Positions 48,767 through 61,468 of a stretch of 64,000 nucleotides of DNA are shown piece after piece. The notes below the pieces were generated by a model. The model ran no database searches and was not told the origin of the DNA. It saw nothing but the letters and a program-made list of their open reading frames with translations. Every line of letters starts with the position of its first letter. Within the stretch, counting starts at the first letter, position 1. The translations under genes and the position numbers were made by a program. The stretch covers positions 1 through 64,000 of the forward strand of contig CDMY01000378.1 in assembly GCA_001179505.1 (NCBI GenBank). Reading direction: 5' to 3'. This DNA comes from Vitrella brassicaformis CCMP3155. Lineage: Eukaryota; Protista; Chromerida.

Positions 48767-51700
48767 TCATGCCTTGACGAGCCCCCTTGCCTTGGGGAAG
48801 GCCTTGACGTCATCCGCAGCCCTCTCGTCCTCGCGCGGATCAAATCCGAGCATACCGCCTGTCAGTCAGGACACACAAACACATGCACACAGAGAGAGAG
48901 AGCATACTGTGGCTGGTGGCTGACGTACTGGCGGGGTCGGCCTCCTTCATGCCCCGCCCTTTGCGTGAGGCGGTGCCCGGCCGCTTGGACCCTGAACCTC
49001 CTGACACTACACGACGCTTCTCGCTACGCTTCTGAATCGACAATAGACCGACCGCACAGACGATATTGATCAGATGACGTGTGAGGTGCAAGATCTTGCC
49101 TACCGCACTGCCGCTGCCGCCCGCGGCTGATGGCGGTCTGTCGTTGCGCACGGCCCCACCGTCATCCGTGTACGAGTAATAGACACTACGCTCGAAGTCA
49201 CTGTATGGACAACGACACAACAAACACAGCCACCAACGGAGAGGATGCCCCAATCTCCATCGCTGGATGAATGGGGGGCATTTTCTGTGTGTGCGTACGT
49301 GAATGGCAGCCCAGTGGCGTCATCTGCATCGTTAAGGGCCGCATCTAACGCCGCCTGGATGCTGATAAAGTCAGGCACAAGACAAGAGATCATTCCAGTA
49401 CGTTTGGTCATTCGTGTGTGTGTGTGTGTGTGTGTGTGTATACTTTTCGGGCATGACTTGCTGCCCCTGGACGTCGGCCCAGTCAGATGTGGTGCGATCG
49501 GGGAGGTCCAAATCGTTAGCGATGATGTTGTCATAGCGATACCTAACACGCCAACACCGACACACACACGAGTGGCAGTGCAGTGCTCTAAGGTGTATGG
49601 TGCGCGCCACTTCTGTCATTTACTCTTTACCGTGGATTTGTGCCGGCAATGGCGAGTAGTCTCGCCTGCTCGCTCGTGGGACGCGGGAGGCCCAAGGCAG
49701 ACCCGGGACGCTTGGGACGCCTGACAAACACACACAGACAGACGTGCTGTATGTCTCCTGCATTACGTGGTGTGGTGGATGTGTAGTGGGTACATGTTGT
49801 TTCCGGCGAACTCGAGTCTGCTGATGACCCACTCGTCCTCCTCAGCGTCCCACTGGGCACGCTGCTCTATGCGCTGACACACACACACACACACACACAC
49901 ATGGACAGGGATGCGTGTGTGGCTGTGCTGTGCTGTGCCAGCTCTTCATGTGTGTGGATGCCTACATGGTACTCTTCCTCCGGCACGAAGTGTGTGAGAA
50001 TGACGTTCTTGAGTTTGAGCTCCTTGGTGAGGTCGCGGATGCTCTCCAACATGTCCTCACGCTCCTGCTGAAACTCCTGCAAGGCGACACACATACACAC
50101 ACACACAGACGCAAAGATGTCGGCTGTGTTGTCGGCATGCCTGGGTTTGTTGACCTGCTGCAAGTCCTCTATCTCATTGGATGCGGCCTTGTACTTCTTC
50201 CACAGCTTCTCCAGCTTGTTCGTCAGCTTCGATATGTGCTCCTCCTGACAGACAGACAGACACACACACACAAACAGAACGAGTGGACGGACATCAGCCA
50301 GCCAAGTGTGTGAGACGCATGTGTGTAGGTTACCTACCTGTGAGTTGTACTTCTCCACTAGTAGCAGTTTTTCCTCCTGCTCTGCCTCACGCTGACGATG
50401 CAGCTGAGACTCTGACCGAGAAATAAGCACCCACATACACACGCACCCAGAGTAGGCAGATCGTTGTCTTGATCTTTTCCGCGTTGGCGTACCCCTTTTC
50501 CTCCTCTCTTCGATTTCGATTTGCGCCTTTTTGAGTTCCTGCTCCTGCTGCAGGGCCTGCTGCATGACCTGTGTGCCCTGCAGCATCTTGGCCTCCATCG
50601 CCTTCAACTTGCCCAGCAACGCCTCCTGAGCCTGTCGCATGGCCGATCAGATTACACACACAGACAGGTCAGGAGATGATTGATGTGTGTGTATTGTATT
50701 GTGTGTCTGGGTGGTGCGTGGCGTGCATTGCATACCCTCTTGTGCTCCTCTTCCTGCTCTTCTCTGGACTTGAGTTCCTCCATCAGCCGACGGCGCTCCT
50801 CCTCTGCCAAGTTCTTCTGCTGCTCTATCGCCTGCACCAGGCAGGCAGGCACATCACAAACCACACAGACAGACAAATGACGAGTGCCCACTCCGTTCGT
50901 TGTTCTTGTTTGTTTCTTTTGTGTTGGTACGTACGTGTCTTTCGTCTTCGAATTGTTTCTGTATGGCCTCCCGCTCGAGGTGCAGGTTCTCCTGCATGCG
51001 CTTGATCTCGTCCTCAGACGGCCCCTCACGCACCACCTTCTCCACAACCTTCTCGACAACTACCTGCTTCTCTACCACACCTGCACGCATGGATATACAC
51101 ATTCGGAGACAGAGACATTGATGTTGTCAGCGCGTGTTGGGGGGAGGGTTGTGTGTGAGAGAGTACCCCCTGCGCCGCCCCTAGATTCGAGTTCGGCTTT
51201 GAGCCTTGCGATTTCCTCCTGGAACTCGCGGATCATAGCGTCCTTGGGGTCCTCGTTGATGCGGGGCTTGTTCTTGATGCTCTTGGCGCGATACGCATAC
51301 CTTATCGACCAAACACAGACAGAGAGACGACACAGAGAGGAATTCGCGTCCGGTGCACGACTGGCTGACGTCTGTTTTGACAAACCTGAGCGTGCTGAGC
51401 GTTTCGTCATAGTTGTAGTCGGCCGGTCCGATCTGTGCGATCATGACGGTCTTGGTGTTGCCGCCGAGTGAGTCCTGCAGCAGCCGGGTGAGCTTCGAGT
51501 CGCGGTAGGGCACAAACCCGTGGGGCGACTTGCTGTCAACCAACGCTGAGATGACGTGACCTGCACACACAGAGAGAGGCGACACAGATGACCAGACACG
51601 TGAGTGGTTGTGTGTGCGTCGGTCAGTTAGTGTGTCAAGGAATGGCACACCGAGTGCAGAGAGGGAGAGGTTGATCTTGGTGGCCTCCTTGAGTGTGTCG

Positions 51701-53375
51701 CCCGTCGACCCCGTCTTGCTCTGCCTGCACACACACACACACACACACGTGTATAGTCAGTCACGGCCTGTCTCTGTGTCTGTCTGTGTGTGCGTAGAGA
51801 TGGATGGATGTACCTCTCCGAGCCGGCCAGGTCGACCATGTTAAGCTTGCCGGCCCGTATGTGGCTCTTGCCGTCGGGCCCCACCTCAAACGACTCTATC
51901 GTGATCGTGAAGATCGAATGAGACCTGCGAAGACACGACAGACGCACACAGGACGGCAGCCAGGAATTGTGTGGATGGAATGTGTGGAGGTGTGGCTGAC
52001 AGCGCAGCTACCTGGATGACTCGATGTTCATGAGGGTGGCGCCGACGGACCTATTCTTCTGACCAGCCATCTGCACGCAGCAACACACAACACACAACAC
52101 ACAACACACAACACACAACACACAAAGCAGGAAGACAACTGACTGACACGCGTGAAGAATGTAAGGTCTGTCTGTCTTGTCGCCATCTTACCATAACTTG
52201 CCGCATCTCAGATACGTCCTTGACGACAAACGTGGACAAATCCTGCAGGCAGACCAAGCACCAAAGCAGCACAAACAAATCCACACACATCCATCCATCC
52301 ATCCATCCATTGTTGTGTGAGCTATCCAGCCGCGCCGTCTGACCTTGACGTAGACGCCATGGTCTGTGTGGTCTTTGAGCTCCAGCTTCTCCTTCGGATT
52401 CTTGGACAGCAAATCGCGGATCTGACCACAGATAGACAGACCGAGGGAGGGAGGGAGGGAGGGATACAGACGTGATATGCCCAGGATTGTGTGCCCATTC
52501 ATTCTCACCCACCTCTTCATTGTATATCTCCAGGAAGGACGCCCGCACAAGAAATTTCTGCGCGTACGCATCGCATGCCAGAGGAGAGAAATGGTCAGTC
52601 AGTCAGTCAGTCAGTGGATCCGCCCCCCTCCTGTTTCTTTCTTTCTTTCTTTCTTTGGCTCACTGACTGACCTTGTCTGTGGTGACGTTGATGTCGTTGA
52701 AGATGTGCTCAAAGGCACGGGGGATCACCCCACGGACCTCTGACCATCCAATCCAACACGTACACACGACACGCAACAGAAGGCAAGCAGACAGACAGGC
52801 GGGCAGCACCAATCCATCCATCAACCCATCCTCTCTATGATTAAACTATCCATCCATTCCCTTCACCTGGCGGTTTGTCGGGCCCGACCATGGTGTAGGT
52901 CTTGCCCGTCCCCGTCTGCCCGTAGGCGAAGATCGTCCCGTTGTACCCCTCCATGACGCTCTCCACTATGGAGAAGGCCGTCTCGTCGTATATCTGCTGC
53001 TGCGTGGAGCTGCACGGACGCACACACATACGCATACACATGACCGTCCCATGGTTTGTGGTGTGGGGCTCGCTCACTTCCAGTCGTAGACGGCGTCGTA
53101 TGTGAAGTCCTTGGTGGCATCCCGCCCGCCGGACCCCTTGAACACCGTCACCATGGCGTTCTTGACGTCCATCTCCACCACACGCACACGCCCGTCCGCC
53201 ACCTCCTGCTCGCTCATCGGCCGACACCTGCACACATCAAAAACACGCCACAAACAAGGCCATTTCACACGATTTGGAGGGCATCGGAGTGTATTCTCCG
53301 CCAGAGCGTCGGTGTGTTGCCCTGTGTTCACCTGATGATGACCCGCACGCATTCGGCTTTGTTGGAGAGGGCCAT
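48767..53375 (-). CDS. KIF3: Kinesin-2 motor subunit (KIF3B/FLA8-like; intraflagellar transport)
   Basis: ECVRVIIR|[18 protein letters not shown] (P-loop), [53 protein letters not shown] and [21 protein letters not shown]. The tail has PDRTT and ends [10 protein letters not shown]. Confidence 0.93.
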
Positions 53376-53944
53376 TTCTGAATCTGCTGGCTATTCGACG
53401 GCAAAAGAGGAACTTTGATGGAGGGAAAACAGCCGACTACTGATCTATGGAGCGCTCCCGCGTAGTCGGCACCACAATCTCAGGTGCGCCTCGTAAACTT
53501 TTGATCAGCGATCTCTCCCTCCCCTCCCCTCTCCTTCCTGCGGGCTTTGCGCTCGGTGATAGATACGACGATGGATTGAATCAAAAGCAAATGCATCCCG
53601 GCCATGGAAGGCCGGAACGCGAAAGGCGCAGCAAGAGGTTTCGATCCTCTGACCTGTGGGTGTCCCTGCATATGAGCCCACCACTCTCCCACTGAGCTAT
53701 GCTGCGTGTGCCTCTTTGCGGTGCGAGTCCTTCCACAGACAAGCTGGCGCTGCCACCATCACTTCGACCAGCATCACTGCGAGATCATCGCCGGTAGAGA
53801 TGGATGCTGGCAGCGGGACGTCTGTGAGTAGCCGCCGGCGTTGAGAGATCCAACACCACGCTGGACCGCACGCGGCTTCTTGAGGCCGTCTTCCCATCTG
53901 TACGAGAACTAAGCCCCTCCCTGGCCCTCCGCGTCCCCGGCAAC

Positions 53945-56900
53945 ATGGCGCATCGACAGTCGCCAGTGGCGTGGGCGGAGGAGGCCGTCTTCTACCACAT
54001 CTATCCGCTGGGACTCCTCGACGCCCCGCTGCGGAATGACCACAAGAGCGAGCCCGTCGAGCGGCTGCTCAAGCTCATTGACCCGCAGGAGGGATGGCTG
54101 GCGCACCTGCAGGAACTGGGCGTCACGGCCGTCTACTTTGGACCACTCTTCGAGTCCACCACGCACGGATACGACACCGTCGACTATGGCGTGGTACACA
54201 CGTGTATATGTGTTCGCTCCCACCAGGCAGCACAACAGGCGATTCCTTCTGCTCTCTTGTCGGCATGGTGTGTGCGCTGTCAGGTTGACCGTCGTCTGGG
54301 CACCAACGACACCCTGCGTCGTGTGGTTCGTGAGTTCAAGCGTCACCACATCCGTGTGGTCTTCGATGGCGTCTTCAACCACGTGGGCGAGAAGTTCTTC
54401 GCCATGCAGGACATCCTCGAGAAGCGCGAGAGCTCCCAGTACAAGACCTGGATCGACGGCCTCAAGTTCGGCCCCCACGGCAAGATCGACTACAACTGTT
54501 GGGGCGGCTTCAAATTCCTCCCGAAGCTCAATCTCAAGGAGCCTGCTGTCGCCAAACACCTACTCGACAAGGTGAGAAGAAAGAAGGGCATGGTGTGTTT
54601 GTTCGCTTGATGGCTGTGTCGGATGTGTGTGTGTCAGGTTCGGTATTGGATTGAGCATTTCGAGCTGGATGGGCTGCGTCTGGATGCGGCCGACTGTGTG
54701 GACCTGGCCTTCCTGCGCACACTGCGGGAGCACTGCTACGCACTCAAACGGTCCTTCTGGCTCATGGGAGAGATCATCCACGGCGACTACAACCGGTACG
54801 TACGTGCGGTGTGTACCCACACACAAAGGAACACGCCAGTGTGTGTGGCGGCGGGGCGGGGCATGTTTGTTGTGTGTGTGTGTTGGGTTGGATTTGATTG
54901 CAGGTGGGCCAACGCGTACACGCTTCATTCGGTGACGAACTACGAGGTGTACAAGGGCCTGTGGTCGAGCTGCAACGACAAGAACATGTTTGAACTCGGG
55001 CACTCCATGCAGAGGCAGTTCCAGACAGAGTAAGCGTCAGATGGCCATGCAGGCGTCAACTAACACACTCACGGGCCAAGGTCCATCCCCCACTCCACTG
55101 CATATATGTGTGTGTGTGTGTGTGTGTGCAGGGCCGGCAAGTACTACGGCTTATACTTGTACAACTTCGCTGACAACCATGACGTCAATCGGGTGGGGCG
55201 GATACCACAATGCACTGCATACGAGAGCTGTATGTATTCTGACGTCCGTTGCCTCTCTGCGTGCCTGCAGGTCATCAGTACGCTCAAGAATCGTGTGCAC
55301 GTCTTCCCCCTGCACATCCTGCTCTTCACCATTCCAGGAATTCCGTCCATCTACTACGGCAGGCAAGAACACACACAACACGACACAACACAATCACGCC
55401 CTCTGCCGTCTTCCATGAGGGAGTTTTTGGCCCTCTCCCTCTCTCTCTTTGTGGATGCAGTGAGTTCGGCATTGTGGGCAAGAAGGCCGAGGGCAGCAGT
55501 GACGTCGACGGCCCCCTGCGGCCGGCCTTCTCCCTCCCCGCCGCCAAGAAGGGCCTCAGCACCACGGCATACCCATCCCTCGCACACCTCATCAAGAAGC
55601 TATCGGCCATCCGGGAGGCATTTCCCGCCCTCAAGAGGGGCGACTATTGCGAAGTGGTCCTCAGAAACGAATACTACGCCCTGGGCAGAAAGGTGAGTGA
55701 GGGGAGGGGACGACAGACAGGGGAAGGAAGGCAATTTGCTGATGGAAGGATATGTTGTGTGCTGTGTTGTGCGTGTGTGCGTGCGTGTGATGGTCTGTGC
55801 GCAGCTGGGCGACCAGGTGGTGGTGGTTGTGGTGAATGTCGACGACAAGGACGCAACCGTCACCATACCACAACACGTACGTCACGTGTGTATGCAGCGC
55901 AGCGAGCAGCAACCCCTCTGGTGGACGCCTCTGTCCTCATGGCTGTTGCCTGCCTGCCTGCCTGCCTGCCTCTGTCTCGCTGTACAGGTGTTTGGTGCAT
56001 CGAGCCGTCGCGTTATGGATGTGCTCAACAACAGCGAGGTGTTCGAGGCGGCCGGCCACGGTCATGGACAGCACCATGGCCATGGCGGCATCACCGTCAC
56101 TGTTCAGCCTGCATGGGGGCGGATCCTGGTCAGAAGCCACCTCGCAATACATACACAGAGAGAGCCCTGGGGCCAGACAACAATGAATGAATGAAGAGTT
56201 TGTTGTGTGATTTATGTTGTGTGGTGGTGATATTCAGGCTCCCTTGGAGCAAGTGCCCCTGGACGGCGACGCGTCCCCGACCGACAATTCCCTGACGGCA
56301 TCATTCCACACCATGACCGTCACGCCACCAGAATACACACCACCACCAGGTGAGTCAAGATTGACCAACACACGGGCGAGGACACACAGGGGACACCAGT
56401 GACCTGTCCGCCTGCCGCGTGTCTGTTCAGCAGCCGCGCCCCCCTCCCAGCCCCCGACCCGTGCGACCAAGCCGCAGCAGCAGCAGCAGCAGCAAGCCCA
56501 GGTGCCCCCACCGATGCCAGCTCCCCCCCAGCCGCAGGTGGCCCCCGCCCCCCCTCCACCGCGACAGCCACACGCACCAGACGTCCCCGCATGGGCAAGG
56601 GACGGCTTCTTCTACCACATCTATCCGCTGGGCTTCTGCGGCGCGCCACACAACAACGACCTCACCGCTGCGCCGGAGGAGCGGCTGCTCAAGGTCATCG
56701 ACCCTGAGAAGGACGGGGGCACGTCCTGGCTGGACCACCTGGCCTCTCTGGGCGTGACGGCACTGTATATCGGTCCGCTGTTCGAGTCGTCGTTCCACGG
56801 CTACGACACGGCCGACTACGGGAAGGTGGACCGGCGGCTGGGGACCGCCGCCACGCTCAAGAAGGTGGTAAAGGCGTGTCACGCCAAGGGCATCAAGGTG

Positions 56901-58597
56901 GTGGTCGACGGGGTCTTCAACCACGTGGGCCGGGACTTCTTCGCCATGAAAGACATCATCGAGAAGAAGGACAAGTCGGCGTACGTCAAGTGGATCTCTG
57001 GCGTCAAGTTCGGCAAGGCGGGCGAGGTGGAGTATGACTGCTGGCACGGGTACAAGGAGCTGCCGAAGCTCAACCTGGGCGAGAGGGAGGTGGTGGACCA
57101 CCTGCTGGGCAAGGTGGGGGAGTGGATCGACGAGTACGAAATCGACGGGCTGCGGCTGGACGTGGCCTTCTGCCTCACCAAGGAGTTCCTCACCGAGCTG
57201 TCAACCGTCTGCAAGGGCAAGAAGACCGACTTCTTCCTCCTGTCCGAGGTCATCCACGACAACTACAATGAGTGAGCGAAGCGACCCGAGCCACTTAATT
57301 AGGGGGAGGACAGAGAGAGGGCGGGGAGAGGGGGGAGGCATCCAAATGAGCGCCATGTGTCTGTGCCTGTGTGTGTGTGTGTGTGTGTGTGTGGTCAGCT
57401 TTGCGTGTCAGGGCCGGACTGATTCGGTGACGAACTACGAGACGTGGAAGGGGTTTTGGTCGAGCTGCAACGACCGCAATCTGTTTGAGATTGCGCACTC
57501 ACTGCAGAGGCAATACGACCAACAGTGAGCTGACCGACCCACTGACGAAGGGAGGGAAGCTGTGACTTTGTGAACGGCTGTTGTTGGTCGTGTCTGCTGT
57601 GCAGGCATGGTTTGTTCAAGGACCTGGTCCTCTACAATTTTCTGGACAACCATGACGTCAACCGAGTGAGCACTCCACTCACTGCCCTGCCCAACACACA
57701 CACTCAACGCACACTTGAACCAACCGGTATGGACGGTTCACTGCAGATAGCGAGCCACCTGCGCGACCCGGCCCACCTGTACCCCCTTCACCTCCTGCTC
57801 TTCACCATGCCCGGCATACCCTCCATCTACTACGGCAGGCAAGACAAGACCATCGATGGCCCCACACACACGCACACACAGAGCAGCAGAGCCCTCCATC
57901 CGGCCATGCCACGTGTCTCGCCTCTCTTGCGTGGCTGCCTGCAGTGAGTTCGGTGTGCAAGGCAAGAAGGGTGTAGGGTCCCCTCCAGGCTACGACGACG
58001 CCCCCCTGCGGCCTGCCCTCACCATGGCCGAGTGTGTGGGCGGCAAGCCGCCCCGCTTCCACCCCGACCTCGTGCCCGTCATCCAGAAGGTGGCCAAGAT
58101 CCGCAGCGAGAGCGCTGCACTCAAGCAGGGCAGCTACCACACCGTCCACATCGCCTCAGAGGTCTTCGCTTTCGCCAGAGTGGTCAGTTTGGCTTGTCGG
58201 CCGGCAGAGAGAGGAGGGAACGATCAACATGTGTGACGGCCACGTGTTGTCTGTCTGTGGATGGATGGAATGAAATGCAGCACGAGAGTGAGATGGTGGT
58301 TGTGGCCATCAACATATCGGGCTTCGAGAAGACCATCCCACTGCAGGCAAGTGACCTGACCCCATCTCACACACGAATTACATGACCTGCGCATAGCATA
58401 CGGACTCATCGATCCGCATCTCACGCACTCCTGTGTGTCAGTTGAGCAAGGTGGCTGGCCTGACGTCGATCCCCATGGGCCCACAGAGCAAGCTGGTAGA
58501 CGTGCTCAACAACGGTGACTCATTCGGGCTGCTCGACGCCGAGGAGGAGGTCACCATCTACCCCACTTGGGGCAGGATACTCAAGCTCACACTATGA
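53945..58597 (+). CDS. Tandem double GH13 alpha-amylase / cyclomaltodextrinase-like protein
   Basis: Two complete modules: (AVF/GFF)YHIYPLG, PLFES..HGYDT.DY, VVFDGVFNHVG, DGLRLD(A/V)A, GE/SE(I/V)IH, F(A/L)DNHDVNR, PSIYYGSE and WGRIL. They are joined in phase by a Pro/Gln-rich linker (exons from 56238 and 56431). Confidence 0.88.
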
Positions 58598-58989
58598 GAT
58601 GGAGTGGTGCGCTGTCCACTTTGGGGATGTCGCATCCACACCGCACCGCACGTCACTTCACACACATACTCGCTATTTAAGATGGCCAGCCGAGTTGGTG
58701 TGGTCTTTGCTCATGCTAGCGCTACTGAGTACCTACGGTGGGGACATGTTGGTCTGGATGGATGGATGGATGGTCGCTGTGTGGTGTGGTGTGGTGCACA
58801 TTGGTGCAGCCACTAGCTAGCGAGGCAGACAGCCTTGTTGTACCTGTTTGTTTCTCCTTGTCTGATTCTGTAAGTTTTGCCGGCGAGTGTCCCTGTCCCC
58901 TGTCTGTATCAGTGAGTGCATCAACCCAATCGATGACTACTTACTTTAATGTGTATACACCTTCCTTACGCATCCGCCTCTCTCTCTCG

Positions 58990-59022
<33 letters not shown>

Positions 59023-59505
59023 TGTGTTTACGCGTTCACTACGCCCGCACAGACGAACCGCATTGCAGTCAGTCTCCCTCACGTACTTATATCACGGTTT
59101 TGGCGTACGGTACGCAATTGATCCATCCCTCCATCCGTCTATGGACAGATCGGCAGGTAGGCAGATAGACAGATCAGCCTCGCTCGTTGCTCCGAGGTCG
59201 GTCAACGGCGCTGTCTCCTGGCCTGCCTGCATCATCCTGCTGCCCTCTGGCTGAGAGAAGGGAGACAACACCATTGACTGACGTACGAAAAGCCAGCGCC
59301 GGGGACACCATAGGGACGCCGCGGTGACGGACGGACACATACCACATTAATTTCATGCCGGTGTCCATCAATGTAATGTCAGTCAATGGATTCATCATTC
59401 ACAGTCACCCGTATCCACAGGGGCTACACACACACACTCCTTGACTGACCCCGGACGGAAAAACACACAGGGCAGCATATACAGGGTGGTCGAACAAAAA
59501 TACCT

Positions 59506-60869
59506 CTACACGACAAACGTCGTGATTGCGCGGGAAATGACAGCCTCGTCCAGGTCGTATTTCCCCAAGAAGCACCTCACCCGCGGCATTGTCACGGGGA
59601 ACCGGGCGTTGAATGGTGCGGACTTGCCGGCAGCAGGCGGCTCGGTCGTGAACAGCTCGATACCGCCCATCCCCATCATCAGATACACAGCGATGGTGTC
59701 GGTGTCTCTAAAGCCGCTGCACCCATGGAAAGACAAGCAGCACACGGACAAGGAATGGTGGCACAATCAGTCAGCAGAGAGAGGGGATCAGTTCCCCAGT
59801 GTACCTGATGGCGATGAATCGGTAGCTGGTCTGCAAACAGTTCAGCAGGGTGAGCTGTCCTGGCAGCTCCCCAGGCAGCGCGCCCCCCATGCAGCACTCC
59901 GCCACGATGCCGTCCTCCTCCCCAACGCCATCCCGCAGCAACCTGCGATACCGATTGTCGCCTCGCTCGATCGCCGCGTGTAGCACCCTCGTCTCGGTCA
60001 CACCCTCAGCCCTGAAACGGCCCAAACAAATGAGAGGAAGGCAGTCCAAGTGCCTCATTATGTATGCGTCAGTATTCTTGTCTCTCTCACTTGTTCCAGT
60101 GCTCAAAAATGTTGCGGACTATGAAGGCCGAATAGCTGGGATACAGCGCGACGCCCTCCTGGACGGCAGGGTCTTCCGCATTGAGGCAACGGCGGTAGGG
60201 ATGCTCTGGCGGCAGTTCATCCACCACGCGCACCATTTTGAAGCGTAACGCATCGCCGATCCGAAACGCACCGCTCGTTTGCCTGCGCAACGCCTGACAC
60301 ACGCAAACAGAGAGAACACACCCAAAGCCCTGTATGTCGGCGTCGGTCGGTCTGTCTGTCTGTCTGCGCATCCATACCAGGTTGGTCCCCTGATAGTTGA
60401 GCTGGTGGCCGATGATCTTCTTGTAGATGGCCATGGCGAGGGGCAGCTCGATGAAGGACGCTTTGGTGGGCAGGTAGGTCAGCACGCGGGCCGCCGTCAC
60501 AAGGATGGGCATCTGCTCAGGCGTCAAGCGGTAGATGCGCGCCAGTCTGAGCGCCTTGCCCATCGCTCTCCACTCACGTCGCCCCATCCCCAGCAAGCAG
60601 GCGCACCGCAGCAGATAGCTGAACCGGCTGATGCCCTTGGGCATGGCAGGATGCCCGGCGGTGCCCCTCCGTCGCTCCACATCAATGAGGCCGACGAGAC
60701 CGTTGCGACCCAGTGCGCGGTCGATGCGATGAAGGATGACATCGGCCGTGACGACGAGACTGCCGCTCCGCGAGGTGGCGCGGACGGCGAGAAGGTCCAG
60801 TAGGGCCGGCTCGTGAACGATTAGAAGAATGCGATTCAACCAAATGTCACTACCCAGCACGTGCGCCAT
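59506..60869 (-). CDS. Hypothetical protein (about 4 exons)
   Basis: Long repeat-free frames (60087-60869, 59771-60106, 59506-59766) separated by intron-like microsatellite segments. No motif recognised. The start is uncertain. Confidence 0.5.
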
Positions 60870-61141
60870 CCCGGCCCAAGTTTTGCTTGACTGAGATCAC
60901 GCTTTCCTTCGCACGTTCTGCTTTCCAAAGCTCGCAAGAAGGCTTCTAGGGTGCTCCCTGAAACCGCTGTCGCAAAGTTTTCCAAGAGGCTTCCTTCCGC
61001 GCCCTTCAAGGTCAGAGAATGGTTCAAGACGATGAGAAGACGGCGTGGCTTGCGAGTCATCAACCGCCGAGCCTCGCGTGTGACTTCCTCTGACACCCCG
61101 GCACTCTCTTTTTTTTGCCTGAAGCTCTCGTCACTATCCCG

Positions 61142-61468
61142 ATGGCGTCACTGGTGGACCTCGCCCATCTCTGCTGCATCCTTTCAGTATTTGGGTTCGT
61201 CCTGCTCACTCTGTGGGGCCTCCTGCTGGTGACACACTCCCCGCCCTTTGCTCTTGAGGTGGCACCGGAGCATCGCACGTCAGGCGGCATCAGCTGCATC
61301 CTGGCTGGCCTGGGGTACCTGGCGTGTCTGGTGTTGTCGTGGCGGTACATCCGGCGGTCTCGGCAGCGGCGTGGGTGGAATGGGGGCCGTGATGATGAGA
61401 GGGAGGTGGAGCTGCGGTCGCTGCTGGGGAGTGGGGGGAGGGAGAGGCCGCGCATGCCCAGCCTGTGA
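61142..61468 (+). CDS. RNASEK / V-ATPase Vo subunit f-like two-TM protein
   Basis: MASLVDLAHLCCILSVFGFVLLTLWGLLLVTHS..LEV..SCILAGLGYLACLVLSW resembles the RNASEK pattern C.VLSAWGVIML..LG.FF..HS..L.E...NCFIAAGLY. Confidence 0.6.
   Translation: MASLVDLAHLCCILSVFGFVLLTLWGLLLVTHSPPFALEVAPEHRTSGGISCILAGLGYLACLVLSWRYIRRSRQRRGWNGGRDDEREVELRSLLGSGGRERPRMPSL

Noticed and set aside
2916-58597. Bacterial contamination or an operon explaining glgB, pepD and the GH13 gene
   Set aside because: All are interrupted by many spliceosomal introns with the same microsatellite style as the host genes, and they are dispersed in the window.
60836-61096. 86-aa minus ORF as first exon of the 59.5-60.9 kb gene
   Set aside because: It would leave only about 45 bp to the divergent ATG at 61142, and it contains the AGCTCGCA motif (60929) typical of spacers. 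It is more likely promoter or UTR.
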